Shown: positions 28,587-42,394 of the stretch, piece by piece
Numbering within the stretch: the stretch's first letter is position 1
How the letters are laid out: each line of letters opens with the position of its first letter
Assembly (NCBI GenBank): GCA_030141605.1
Contig: JAQGDQ010000868.1
Location: forward strand, 22,466 to 86,465
DNA length: 64,000 nt
Direction: 5' to 3'
Origin: Tubiluchus corallicola
Lineage: Eukaryota; Animalia; Priapulida
Made by a program: the position numbers and the translations under genes
The notes under the pieces: model-generated
What the model was told of the DNA's origin: nothing
Seen by the model: only the letters and a program-made list of their open reading frames with translations
The model's database searches: none

Positions 28587-29839
28587 ATAATCAACTTTTT
28601 CAATGCGCTTGGTCAATATGCCACCCCAGAAAACTGCTGTCTGGTGCCGACCACGATCCCTTGACTACGCCACTGTAAAAGTCAGCTAATGAACACATAA
28701 TAGGATAAGAACTTATCGAAATTTCACAATATTTCAACCACAAGCTGTGGTCAACTTCAGGTATGTAAAAAGTTTAAACAAATGTAATAACAGAAATCTT
28801 TTTCTTGGAAAGAGACAAGCTATCGCCAGAATGATTTATAAAATTTTCCAAAACTATAGCATAGCGATCTACAAGAACAGAAATGAATTAGCGGCCGGAA
28901 TTTTGGGGTAAGCTGTAAAATTCATACAAATTTTCTGGCATAATATTTTTGTAAACATAATTTGACCACCTGTGCATTATCAAAATCGATTCTACGTTTT
29001 ACACAAAGAATTTAGAAAAGAACTTTTGATGACGTTGATGATGACGACGACGACAACGATGATAATGTGGATGACAATTATGACGATGACGACGACGACG
29101 ATGGTGGCGATAGTAGTGAGTGTTATAAATTATAAACTCTAATTCACATCGCCCCTGAATCATTTTTGGCAGCAGATTAAGAAAGGATGCGATAAAAGCT
29201 CTATTTTTGTTATTTTTCCTTCAGTTTCCTTGTTTAATGAAGATATTAGCTCTACAAGATTTGGCCATTTTGTTTGACGGTGCTGTTCAATAAAACTGTC
29301 TCATCTGGGACAGACTTGTTGACGCTGAAAACTCGAGAATTTCGACGTCACACCATATAGGATGATCGATAACCAGCAAATTTAAATATTAGGAGGTCTG
29401 TTTAACTAGTGCCATCATACTACTAAATATACTGTACACGTTAGCCAAATTATGTTTACAAAAATATTATGCACGAAAATTGTACGAATTTTATAACTTA
29501 TTCCAGAATTCCCGTTCCTAATTAATTTCTATTCTTGTTGTCGATATTCTCGCAGATCGCTGTAGTAGTTTTGGAAAAATTTATAATTCATTCTGGGGTT
29601 AGCAACTCTCCTTCCAAAAAGGTTTCCTGTATTACATTTGCTTTAAACTTTTTACACATCTGAAGCTGACCACAGCTTGTGGTTGATATATTGTGAAATT
29701 TCAATAAACTTGCTGTTCTTATCTGATTATGTGTTCATCAGTTGGTTTTTGCAGTGACGTAGGCAATGTGCCGTGGTCCACCCCGGATACTGTTTTCTGG
29801 GGTGGCACTTTGAGCAAGTACACTAAAAAGTTGATTATT
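28587..29839. repeat. Long diverged inverted repeat (arms ~28587-28890 and ~29520-29839)
   Basis: For example AACCACAAGCTGTGGTCAACTTCAG / CTGAAGCTGACCACAGCTTGTGGTT and TGCCACCCCAGAAAAC / GTTTTCTGGGGTGGCA. Confidence 0.85.
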
Positions 29840-30597
29840 TGTATACATTTGACAATTTTGGGGTTAGCCTTACTAAAAGATTAAAGAAGTTCCACAGGGT
29901 TCAGTACCTTGGGCCACTTCCCATGCCTCGCTAATGAGACTTGGTGATGGATGTCTTAATTGCTTTTAAACGCAACAATATGCTAGCCGTTCATAATTAC
30001 ATTAGCCAGAAACTAAAAAATCAAAGGAAGGTACCAGGGATTGCTGAATTTGTTAATGATAGTGTTGCACCAATGCCTTCAACTTTCTACGAAACCTAAA
30101 GTCCATTTCACACTGAGGACGCAAGGAAAAAAGACCCACGGAATTGCTGTCAGAAAAGCAGAAAATTTTCTTCGCTCTCCTAAAACGCAGTTTGCTAGCT
30201 GCATCTAATGCAGGCTAATGCAGCAATTAAAGATGGAAACAAATTCTATGACTATTTTTGATCGTCCAATTCGGCTCAGACCTCAAGGCTAAAACTATAA
30301 GTGAATTTTAGAGCAGATTTCAGAGACAGGTAAAAATGAATCACGTCATTTTTAAACAACTTAATTCCAGACAAAAGCACACATCATTCCATCAACACAT
30401 CGTAAATAAAATCGGGTAGGTAAACTTTATAACCTAAAAGTTAATAAGAAAGTAAGTAATAATTTCTAATTTTAACTGAAATAACAAAATTGTTATATTC
30501 CAAGTAATTTTCACGACACGTCCCACTGCAGCACAAGGAAGCCATAGTAATTCCAGTATTGTAAAATACAAATTGTAATTTGCTAAGCACGACTTGT

Positions 30598-30620
30598 ACA
30601 CACACACACACACACACACA

Positions 30621-30694
<74 letters not shown>
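30598..30694. repeat. (CA)n/(CACG)n microsatellite
   Basis: Direct reading. Confidence 0.96.
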
Positions 30695-30697
<3 letters not shown>

Positions 30698-31509
30698 TCA
30701 TCAACACATCATAAATAAATTCTGGAAGATAAACTTTATAACCTTCAAAACTTCAGAAAAACTCAAAATTTTGGAGTTGTTTACGGAAGTTACGAAAATT
30801 ATGGCTGATAGAAACCAACCAGGCTGAGAAACTATGTAGTCCTTATTTTCTTCACGCCCTGGGTAATTTTGTTGACTTGAATGGGCATTTTGGTGGACTT
30901 GCAATTGAAGCATAAACACATAATATAAGTAATTTTCTCTCTGTGTTTTAACAGAAGTCCAGTCTGTCGTGTGTCATTGTCATCTGCATTTCAGTTCATT
31001 CATTCTTCGTGAAATTGCTTCTCATGACTGGATTGTGAAATAAGCAAAATAAAGAGAGCACTGCTTTTGTTGCGTTCCAACGCCTCTTTCGCATCATGTA
31101 GAAATAAGGCCTATGCCATTCAGCATTGACGTAGTGGGGGTGCCTGTCACTTGAATTGACAGATGCTTCTGACTGTGGGACTCGTGTATTTATTTAGTCG
31201 TCCACTCGTCCGCCTTGTTCTAGAAGCTTGGCGTGGTGGTAGCGTGTTTATCTACGCTTCGGTTACCAACACTTTTGACAGCGCAGTGTGAGACCATGTT
31301 TACGTGCAAAAACGTAAACCTTGCACAATAAGCGAAATTTGGAACTTTGGCAAGTGACCAGGTCATGTAATTGCAGGAAACAAAGAGATACGCTTGGATC
31401 ACAGCACTGCCACAAGAATAACTTTGCACGAAATTAATCTGTCAAGTCCTAAAAAGCAAAAAATAACATTCTTTTTTATTAAATTTGTCGAAATCTGATT
31501 CCACCAAGA

Positions 31510-31900
31510 AAAGATTCAAATCCAATCAAAGCATTTATTTTTATCCCAATCAAAAAATACATAGAAGATTAATACAAATAACCAAAAAACGGGAAAGGGT
31601 GGCGAAAAGCATAAGTTATCGAATCAGCCACCCCAGACGGAGTATAAACTTACAGCTACGCAGTATTGTATATATATATATATATATATAAACTGTAGTA
31701 ATTTTAAAAAGAATTTAAAATCCTTTCAAGTTAAATAATTGTAGCATTGAAATATATACTTCATTTATCATGACATTTACTATATATAAAATATTTCCAA
31801 AATTAACTGGAGAAGAGAAATAAAATTAACGGAAAATACCTGCATGCTTACGATAATTTTAACTTGAGAATTAATATTACTTTTTAAACTAACTAAAACA
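31510..31900 (-). mobile_element. Highly decayed L2/CR1-group LINE 3' end
   Basis: Minus-strand AATAAA and tail, hairpin GGGTGGC...AAAAGCATAAGTT...GCCACCC; same layout as the clearer fragment at 55790-56400. Boundaries approximate. Confidence 0.4.
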
Positions 31901-34900
31901 AAACGAGTATAATAATTACATTTATATATCATGCAGACAATAGTGTATGTAAATAATTAATTATAACTCAAAAAACTGAAAAACACTTTATGTTGGGTAA
32001 TGACTAATATTGCATAGAACCAGTCAGTTTTTGCTAGGCAATGGCATAGTTATCTCTTACACTGATTTCTCTGTTAGCAAGTTCGATCCCAACTGACAAG
32101 CAAATGCGTCAGTTGACAAGCAATTTCTCCGCAGCACAAAATTCAAATAATTTACTTTGAGGCACCCGTTTTTCGTAAATATTTTTATTCTCTCGATGAT
32201 CGCCATTCGTGACTTCGTGATTTCGCTATCAGATGACGTCAGATTCGCAAATTTCCGAGGCAATAATGATCAGAACAGCATCAAAGAGAGAATATTCGCA
32301 AGTGCATCTGACACTGAAGTCGATTTAGTCCCTTTTCATTTTGCGCTCCAAAAACTTGTAATGTGAATTCAGTTTACTGGGGAAGCAGCTATAGTCTAAT
32401 GTGCGATATGTGTTTTGTATGGTCCAAATGCCAACGCTTTTTAAACTGAGCCGTCGTCAGTCAGGGGTGAAATTCTCGTCTATTTTGAATAATTTTAATA
32501 AACGTAAGAGAACCTCTAATGTAAGAGAAAATCCTATTAACGATATTAGATTTCAATGCTATGGGCTCTAGCAAAAATAAATATTGCGCTCACAATCGCA
32601 ATCAAAAATTCATATTTCTGATCATGCTAGATCATGCACAGATTACATTTGTGCAAGCAAAAAGAAACAGGCATTTGCACAACTGTTGTGTTTTATATAT
32701 TTATAACTGCAGCATAATTATATAGCGATGATGTCTAAATTCCGTAAAATTCCTTCTGGAGAATTTCCTCCTGGGTCAGAATATGAAATTTTAATGGTCT
32801 ATTCTCTTCGGTTTAGAAAACTTTGAGCCCCTTAAGCACAGTAAAGCTCAATGTACACCAGAACATTTAAGGCCGGTTTAAGTAATCCGTTTAAGCGCGA
32901 GTGATGATATTCACCGTGAGTAGTTTTTTTTGTTCTGGGTAGTGTCATTTCGGCATGTCTGCAGTCCAATCACTGATGTCCAGCTACTTCTTTGGCGTCT
33001 ATGGTTGCATATAATTGCGCGTAGTAGCTGGATTTGGTTGCACATTGTTGCGCATATAGTTGCTGGATAGAGCTGTCGGTTATGAGACTTTTACGCAACG
33101 CTTGTCTGCAGTCACTAATAAGCTAATCAGCAACCTCCTGGCGCTGAACTAATGGATCCAAATGAAAGATTATCGATGAAAAATGAGAGACGAAAAATGC
33201 GCTGTGGACACTGTCTGTGTTCTTGCTTGACTCAACTCGACCGAGGACGCCGGCAGTTAGAAGTTACCCCATATTATGTATTTAAACCATAACGAGTAGG
33301 CGTGCACGCCTCTCATACTTTTGAGAATGCCTATTAAAATATCCTTCAGCTTTCAACTGGAGAATAATTACTGACGTAACGTAAGTTGGTTCTATAATTC
33401 TTCACTAATATGATGTCTATTTAGTCTAACGAAATGGCGTTAAATTGTGTAACTAGTACTTCAAACACAATTAGTTGTACTAGTGTTCTTGGGTTTAGTG
33501 TTTAAACTAACGTTACCGACTGTTTTTTATTAGCTTTGGTATAATCAAATGCTACTTCATTAGACTTAGTATTAGACACATTGGTTAGTCCATCAATATC
33601 AATAAAGTCTACACTAAAGGCTGTTGTAACATTCTAAACTTCTATTATACTTTTTGAGGGCCTTGGTGTCAGCAAATAGTAATCAAGGCTACTCTATGTG
33701 TCAGTGGTTGGTTATAATGATGCTGTCTTGCTTTACGAAGGCTTTCCAAAACGTACCTGATGTACAGGAAAACAGCTTGCAAGATTGCGTAGTGTTACAA
33801 ACCAATAATTGTGCAATACAAAAAGTTACACACTGCATCTGGCATCGCTGTGTTTCTACAAAATTCTGATGGTTGTTTGTGTCGAAGGGTTTTTAAATTC
33901 GAGAGCTCTGCGAATAGAAATGATTTGGGGTGTACGTGGAAGGAAATTATAGATTTATTACACATATAGCATATTTATTTATCATTTAAAAATCTTAACT
34001 TATGGAGAAATAAAATTACCACAAAGGCCACTGGAAACATGGTAGTCAATAAAATAACTACGACGCTTTCAATGTGGCAGTTGTGGCAATTTTGTAGCAT
34101 AATTATTCTTTGTACACCTTGAACTTATTTATGCGTTTATTTCTTCTTCTTTAAAAACATGGGAACCTAACAGAGTGAAATAACGTCACCTTTCCAAAGA
34201 ACCACAGTAGTAAGCGTTTGTTATTTCATTATTATTACAGACTGTTGAAACCAAAACAGAGAATTTTTAGACAGCATACAAACGTGTACAGAGCATGCTG
34301 ATTACGTAAAACATATGTTTTCAGGCGGTTGAAAGTAGCGACACTCTGGCGTGTTTCTGCAGTAGAATTTACGAGTTTGTATTTCAAGCGAAACGCGCGT
34401 GCAGTCATAAAAAAGTGGTGGTTTGAGTATAACGCAATCAAAGCTAAAGCAAAATAGACAAGTTCCACTCTAAAAAAGTCAGTAAAATCGCGTATTGTAC
34501 ACATTAGCAGAGAAAATGTCGAAGAGCGAGATAGAGTCTTTATTATGTAGGATAGAAGTGTTAGCAGTCTTTATAGCAACGGTTGCTGACATGAAGAACG
34601 TGTACACCAGGGTTCTGTAATCCACTTGTTTCTTTGTCACTGCTGGTTTAAGTCCCTTTAGCCGTCCTTCTGCCCACATTTGCTTTATCTTATTAGACTT
34701 CAGCAAAATTAAAGATGCCTAATAAAAAATTACAGTGGTGTTTACAGTAGTTTTTGGACAGCAATTTACTGTAGGATTTAATTAAAGTTTTCGTCATCTA
34801 GCAAGAAGCCAGATGACTTACTTGTAGTCCGATGTTTGAAGACAATTACTTTCCTACTAAAGGAATGTGTATTCATTGGAAGAGGAAACAATTATTTCTT

Positions 34901-35346
34901 ATAATTGTGGAAAAATCTCGCTGTGCTTCTCTCTCTCGACGTTCAAAAGTCATTGTGCGCGTGAGCGGCATGAAAAACCAAGATTGACTTTACAAACTGC
35001 TAATTAGGAAATCAGTTTTCTGTTATCTCCAGCCCCCCGGATTTACATGTCCAAAAGTGACATAAAATGCGAGAAACTCATTAGGACAGCCTATAAAATT
35101 TAGTTGAACAAAGTATACCTGTTTACAGACCGTTCGTAGATGAATAGTACCTTACAATACAGTTTTTTAAATAAGTCTATCTCATTTGTTTTATAGTCAG
35201 ATTGAGTTCTGCGATTGTTAATGATAGAATTTTGCATAATAACAATAATAATGATGAAGAATTGAAAGCGCAAAAATGTATATAACACAGAAAAGAATGA
35301 GGTATTCTTTTGTTTGTGGACTTTGGATTTGATTCAATTTACACTG

Positions 35347-35442
35347 ATAGCAGCAGCAGCAGCAACAGTAATAGCAGCAGCAGCAGCAGCAGCAACAGTA
35401 GTAGCAACAGCAGCAGCAACAGCCGTAGTAACAGCAGCAGCA
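35347..35442. repeat. (GCA)n-type trinucleotide repeat
   Basis: Direct reading. Confidence 0.93.
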
Positions 35443-35629
35443 CCATTACTGCATAAGACTTCCATTATTGGCCCAGGGCAAAAAGGAACCAGAGTTAGCT
35501 ATAATAGAGCGAGGTCATGTCCGCTCTAGAACAGAGACGAACGGCTCTCTATCCATCACTTACTTGCACTGCTGAGAAAAGTATCTTATTTCTCAATGTT
35601 TATGTTACTGAGTACCAGAGTTTGTATAT

Positions 35630-35735
35630 ACCGCTGGGTCCCCCGTGGGTTCCACCGCCCATTCTCATTGGCAGAAGCCGCCAAGACAAGCCGCCTGATT
35701 GGCAGACGCGGCCGCGACTCCACCTTCGTGCGCTG
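35630..35735 (+). promoter_or_regulatory. Candidate promoter: GC box plus two inverted CCAAT boxes
   Basis: Local GC-rich island with CCGCCC at 35655 and ATTGGCAGA at 35667 and 35698 (31 bp apart), ~190 bp upstream of a signal-peptide ATG. Confidence 0.55.
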
Positions 35736-35886
35736 GATGAGTATTCGCAGTCATTTGTAACTGTGTCGATACTTGGATGCTGGGAACTTGTTCATCTTCT
35801 TCAACTTGCTGCTTAGTCTTCTATTTACTTGTTGCGGAATTTATTGCTGACTTTAATTAAAAATGAAGTAATTGTGTTATATAACA

Positions 35887-36115
35887 ATGTTTGCAATGCA
35901 ACACAGCTGTGCATTGTGCACCTTCACGTTTTTGTGCATTGCATTAACAGTGTCTGTGGTGTATGCAGGTTATGGCTGTGATTTTGAAGAAGACTGCCTA
36001 TGGACGTTGACGGAAACGGTGACGCCGGATGGAAGAAAAGTAGAAGGTTTCAAATTACAACAAGCAGAAAAAGATAGAGGTCTAGCACAAGACTATTCGC
36101 CAGGAACTAGATATG
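35887..36115 (+). CDS. Probable first coding exon: signal peptide + N-terminal part of a MAM domain
   Basis: ACAATGT start context; hydrophobic MFAMQHSCALCTFTFLCIALTVSVVYA; then CDFEEDCLWT...QDYSPGTRYG (MAM CDFE..C.W...D...G pattern); donor G|gtaaga, phase 1. Confidence 0.78.
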
Positions 36116-36136
36116 GTAAGAAAATGTTTAAACTTA

Positions 36137-36388
36137 AAGTAGTAGGTAGTACTTTTTACTGGCAAAGTAGTAGGTAGTACTTTTTCTGGTAAGCTAGTAG
36201 ATAGCACTTTTTACTGGTATAGTAGTAGGTAGTACTTTTTACTGGTATAGTAGTAGGTAGTACTTTTTACTGGTACAGCAGTAGGTGGTACTTTTTACTG
36301 GCAAAGTAGTAGGTAGTACTTTTTCTGGTAAGCTAGTAGGGAGTACTTTTTACTGGCATAGTAGTAGGTAGTACTTTTTACTGGTAAA
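36137..36388. repeat. ~28-bp minisatellite, ~9 copies
   Basis: AAGTAGTAGGTAGTACTTTTTACTGGCA and variants. Confidence 0.92.
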
Positions 36389-36641
36389 GCTTGCGTATTT
36401 TTGTAATGTGTGCAATATTTAAAATGTCCGCTAAACCTACAACTTTTTAAAGCGATATTTTTGCCTGTCAATTCGGGGGAACCCACTATGAAACTTTTAA
36501 TTTTTTTAAAGTTTTGAAAAAAAACGTTTACTCTATGAATTGACTTCGTTGAAAATCCTTGACATTAATGATAAGCAGACATTTCTGACTTGGCTAAAGT
36601 TTACATCTCCCCACACAAGAAATTTGTTCATGAAGAGGACC

Positions 36642-36753
36642 AGGGTTATGGTTAGGATTAGGGTTGGGTTAGGGTTAGATTAGGGTTAGGGTTAGGATTG
36701 GGTTAAGGTTAGATTAGGCTTAGGGTTGGGTTAGGGTTAGATTAGGGTTAGGG
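36642..36753 (+). repeat. Degenerate interstitial telomeric-type (TTAGGG)n tract
   Basis: About 18 TTAGGG/TTGGG/TTAGA units read directly. Confidence 0.88.
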
Positions 36754-39090
36754 AATTGTAAGCTCATTCCTCAGATTTTACGAGTTTCATTAATATTCTC
36801 CAGAACTTTAAACGCTCTTAAATATTTGAGTTTTCAATTCTACGAAAGGTGTTGTTATCTTTTAAAAAGTGCCAACAATTGTTTTTATTCGATTCATTAG
36901 TTTAACGGTTTAAAAATTTTGTTTTCTAAGAAATTAATAAAACGATACAAGTTAACTACTGGAGTAAAAATAGGGTTTGCCTAGAATAATATATCTTTGC
37001 CTATGTTATTTATATATTTTTATCCATATAAAGTCTGTAGTTTGTAAGCACAATAGCCACACAGCAGTTAAGCGAAACGTTTGACTAAAATTATAATTGA
37101 GACCATCAATGTTCAGTTTCCATGAATAAGCAAAGCCCACGCCAGTCACTTAACCTTTAGCTGCATGAACGTCTTTAACGCCTTGACAATTAGTATTAAT
37201 GGTTTTTCTTTATTACAAAATCAATATCGAAAACGGAATGCCACCGCTAAGGGATGCGGTGAGTCAGTAACATATTACTGACTGTGCGTTTCCTGAAACC
37301 TCTCTGGCTTTCGAAAGCGTCATTTCCGTAAACAGAAGTGCAATAATCGCAACACATGCACATTAAGTATTTTAATTTTTCATCTCTTGCCCACACCGCC
37401 TCGCTTCTCATTTTAGCACTGTCCTACATTATGGATAGGCTGACAGGCTTGAAGTGAACATTCTACTCATCTCTGGATATTGAAAGCGATAAATCATTTA
37501 ACGTGACAACGCTCCAATCAATACCGGAAATTGGACAAATGACTCGAAGCGGCCAGTCGAAGATTTGAAGTCCTCTTTTCGCCTTCTTAACCAGCGCCTA
37601 TTGAGTCTATAAATTTTGCACTTGAACAATGTTTAGCCATGGCTTCGCATGTTCGTGGTTTGTTCAAGATAATGAACACCTTTTAAGGTTTTCCAGTTCT
37701 TGCTGTCTACAGTCGTAAATTTCAAATTTTATTTGAAGTGGATTTAGTATTCAAACAAACCATAGTTTACTGAGAGTTCAGCTTTCCCCAGTAAAACAAC
37801 AACAGAAGCTTTAGGTCATGACAACGCATTTGAAGCAAGGTTCAGTGATGTACATGCCGTTGTAGAATGTTGTTTAGACATAAGGTTTAGTAGATAGCAA
37901 CTCTACTGTTTAGAAATACAAATACTTCTTTTTTTTATTTTTAACTTCAATTAAAACAGTCTAGTGCTCACGAGTTATGTTACATACTATAGGTATCATA
38001 TAGAATTGTGTGTAAACAACTAATTTATCGTATTTATGTCGTGTAAGAATGAAAGTTTATGGCGAACAAAATCAATGTTGTTTCTAGTTAATCACTAACC
38101 CTCTTCTGGAAATTTATTAGTTAATATTTCATCTCGCGCAGGACGTGCAGCGCTACTAATTAGCTATTAGGCAGGAAGACTGTTTAGGTTTCATTATTAG
38201 TCGACAGTGACTGTCTGGCTTCGTGGGAGAGCGCCGTCGTTACGACTAATTTGCGTATGCGTGAGTTATGCACGATCGTAGGCAGGATTTTGAGTGAACA
38301 GTAATGTTGACCGATTGACCAGAGGTTCACAAGAAATGCTTTTTCAAAGTGATTGTTTGACTGATGTCACGTTAAACTGCACTTTTTTCATAATTTATGC
38401 ATAAAATTGACAATTTTTTATGGTAATATTGTAGCTTTCTTGTGTATACCATTCACCAAGGACAATGCTTTCTCTTAAAAGACAAAGTTAATGTCTAATG
38501 GCAGATTAAACTGTCATAATGTCAAATTTAAATCGTTCTCTTACACGATCAATTTTCGAATGCAAATCAGATTTTTTTCGCAAAATACTAGATTTGAAGG
38601 CAAATTTCCTCTTAAAAGACTTGAACATTAATGCTAATGAGCTGACCAAAAGAATTTACTGAACACAACTGATTTTTCCCCCATCGTCAATATGCTCGGC
38701 ATTACTAGCGTGTTTAAATAATTTGGCTTGAGAATATAATTTTCCCAATTAACGAAGTTTAATGAACTCACGACTAGCAAACACAAAATTTCACTCTTCT
38801 ACACTCATACAAGTGCGACAACGTGATTTATCAGCCTGCGACAGATTATGAAAACAGGCTTATTCGCACTTTGCAGGTATCAAAAACGTAATAAGAAAAT
38901 TAAGATGCAGCAAAATTGTTAAAAACCGATAAGACTAATAGACATAATATTAAATATGTGATGGTATTAATATTATATATATATATACATAAATGAGTCT
39001 GTATAGAAAACAAAAAAACTGATAAGTAGATGGGTACATTATTAACGAGTTAAAATATATAAGTGCTGGAACGATTAATTTTTGAAAGGT

Positions 39091-39226
39091 TTCTTCTAAA
39101 ATCTTCTTCGTTTTCTTCTTCTTTTTCTTTTTCTTTTTCTTCTTCTCCTTCTCCTTCTCTTTCTCCTTCTTCTTCTTCTCCTCCTTCTTCTCCTTCTTCT
39201 TCTCCTTCTTCTTCTTCTTTTTCTTA

Positions 39227-39279
<53 letters not shown>

Positions 39280-39280
39280 T
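39091..39280. repeat. (TCT/TCC)n followed by (ATT)n
   Basis: Direct reading. Confidence 0.95.
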
Positions 39281-39914
39281 TAGTACATTCAATATTGACT
39301 TTATTATAGTGTGACAGACAAAAGACGTTACTATTTAATGATTCCAATATGATCAGATAAGGAGACATTGTAAGAGGTCTTCAGTTACTTGTTCGTTTTA
39401 GTACCTCTGATTTTCTACAGGTTCTAATTATTCTAGGAAAGTAAGTTCCATGCTGTCATATCTTAAAGCATCAGCAAATCGTGAAATCGTCATTGTAGGA
39501 ATGCCCTGAGAGGATAATTTATAGTCTCCACGCTACGCAATACTAAAAAAATCACAAAGCGTTTTTTCTGCGTGTGTTTACGCTTGCAAATGAAGCCCAG
39601 TCAGGCCATGAAGCGTAGCAGAACTTTTTTCATGCTTTCTCACGCGTCTCAGTCTGTTTTGTCTTATTACTATCCCTCTTGACATGCAAGAATTCCAGAG
39701 TAAACACGCCATCTTGTTTCTTGCTTCTCTGAGAAACAGCAGGCAGTCTTCAGGTTGCGTACTTCTTGCTCGTGATGGAACTCAGAAAAAGTTGCGAAGT
39801 AAATATCATGAATCTTAATGATCTTGCGGGAAAACTGAAATTAAATTAAGTTGATGTGATGTAGATGAAATAAAATCCTGCGAAAAATATCAGTTTAATT
39901 TATTTACAGTGCCA

Positions 39915-40133
39915 CCCACCATCATTAGCATCATCGCACGTCATCATCATCACCACCATCATCATCATCGTCATTGTCGTCGTCGTCGTTGTCGTCGTCA
40001 TCATCATCATTATAATAATAATAATCATGATCATTATCATCATCATCGTCATCGTCATCGTCGTCGTCGTCATCATCGTCATCGTTGTCGGGATCATCAT
40101 CGTCGTTGTCATCATAAGCATCATCATCATCAT
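39915..40133. repeat. (CAT)n/(CGT)n microsatellite, left flank of the direct-repeat element
   Basis: Direct reading; a similar tract resumes at 45791-45880. Confidence 0.93.
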
Positions 40134-41610
40134 TATGTTTATGAAAACCAATGTAAAAATTGGTCCTTGAAATGCGATAACGAAAGTCGTTATGCTTGGT
40201 GTGAGCATATGTCTATAGGCTGTATTGAAGTTTATCGCAAAGCAGCGGCCGACCAGCTAAGTGGCACATGGCAATTGTTAGTATATGTAGTTTGTACTAG
40301 AGAGAAGAGAAATTTATATAAGAAAGTGAAACAGGAAAAGTTAAGGTAGGTCAGCAAGAATAGGACAGCATTAAAAAAAATAGTTTGGAGAGAGAGGGTC
40401 ATGGGATCAGGTTCACACATCATAGTTTTAGTTTTTTGAGAGGTGATTTATTTTATTTTTGTAAAAGTGTAATTAGTAATTATAAGTGGTTGTGCTAATG
40501 GAGAGAATTTTTTATACTTATATTTTTAAAAATTTTTTAAAAGCATGTTATGAAGGAGTCAGGAATACAAAAAAACGAATACAAATACAGGTTTTTTGGA
40601 GTCCTCAGGAGGAGACTTGAGAGACGAATTTCGGCTGCTAAACTCCTCAATTCTTAAACTCTCAAGCGCAGCCAATCGTGGTCCGCTAAGCAGAGCTCTG
40701 CGTGACCTTCACGATTCTCCTCTTTACATAGAAAACAAACAAATATATATACACACGAACATATAACACAAGGATTTCTTAAAAAGTTTGTTAAGTTTAT
40801 AAGTAGTTGTGTTGTTTTTAAATTGAGTGTTATTTGGATTAAATTTATTTAGATGCTTAAATTTAAATATTGTAAAGAGGGGAGCTTATATTTAGTAAAT
40901 TTTTAAAAAAAAATTTTTTAGTTGTTTAAATTTAAACTAATGTAAATAGGAGGGTTCTTATTCAGTAAATTTTAAATTTTTGAAATCCCAAGTGCAGACA
41001 ACTAAGTGTTGCTAAAACTAGTTCTGCAACACCTAGTTCTCCTGTTTTATGTAATTACAAATAAGTATATAACATAAGGGTTTCTTAAAAGAATTTGTTA
41101 TGTTTGAAAGCAGTTATGCTGTTTTAGGTTGAATGTTATTCAGATTAATTTAGTTAGATGTTTAAATCTAATTATTGTGAATAGGAGGGTTTTATTTAGT
41201 AGATTTTCAGAATTTTTTAGAGTTATTTTTAGAAAACCATGGTTTTTCATTACTTTAATAGATATAACTAATTATAATTATAATTATAATTATAATTATT
41301 GATTTTATATTTTTTATTGATTTATATAAGGTTTTTGACTGGATTTTCTGATGAGTCGAGAAGCAATTATAATTTAAATGTAGCTCAGAGGGCAGTAGAA
41401 AGATGCTAGAGTTAGATTATAATTTGTTTTAGAGCAGAAATTTGTTAATTATATAGTGGAGTTGTTCTAAGACATTTCGGGCAAAATATTTTTTACTAAA
41501 ATTACAATTTAACTGTAATATTTGTAATACAAGGGTTAGCTAAAAATATAATCATATACATGCACTAGATTTTCAAGATTGTCAGTATCCGCCATTTTTA
41601 TGTTAAAGAT
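40134..41610. repeat. Long direct repeat, copy 1 (1477 bp)
   Basis: Near-identical to 44305-45773; visible differences are homopolymer lengths, one ATAATT unit and very few substitutions. Confidence 0.95.
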
Positions 41611-42394
41611 CTTTTAATTATAGAGTAGAGTTTGTTCTAAGTATTTTCACAGAAATTTTTACCAAAATCACAAATATCTGTAATACATAGTTGAAGGTTT
41701 GTATTGAGTATATTTAAAAACAGTACAGGAGGTTAGTTATAATTAAAATTACTTACAAGTATTGGATCTTCAGACAGTGTCACAGCCGCCATGTTTTCTT
41801 TGTTTGAAAATCCCTCCAGATTTTAGGAGACCTGTCAGGGATGTTAAGTTAAATCAAGTCTTTTATGAGGCCTGTCAGGGTGATCTGAGCTAAAATAAGT
41901 GTTCATATATATTTGTATTTTATTACATTACTTTAATAACTATAACAACTTTAAATTTAAAATGTCTATATACAGAAATCTTTTTTATTAGATGTTGGTT
42001 GTTAATAATTATAAAGAATTTATGTTAATTTTAATAACTATTCTATATTTATACATTATTAGTAGGATTATTAGGATTATTAATACTTATGCATTATTAG
42101 TAAAAAAAATTTTTCTCATAACTTATGAAAGAGAAGTCTCTTTTTATTATTTGATGTTGGTTATTAAAAATTATAAAATAATTTAAGTTAATTTTTTAGT
42201 TTTAATAAATATTTTATATTTATACATTATTAATAAGAATATCAGGATTATTAATACTCATACATTATTAGTGAAAAGGGTTTTTTCATGAGTTATCAGT
42301 GAATTTTTGATATTTTGAAAGCAAAAAGATGGAATGAGTAGATGGCTGCAGTTTAGAGTATGTTAGTTGAAGAAAAATAGAGTTAGTCGGCAGA

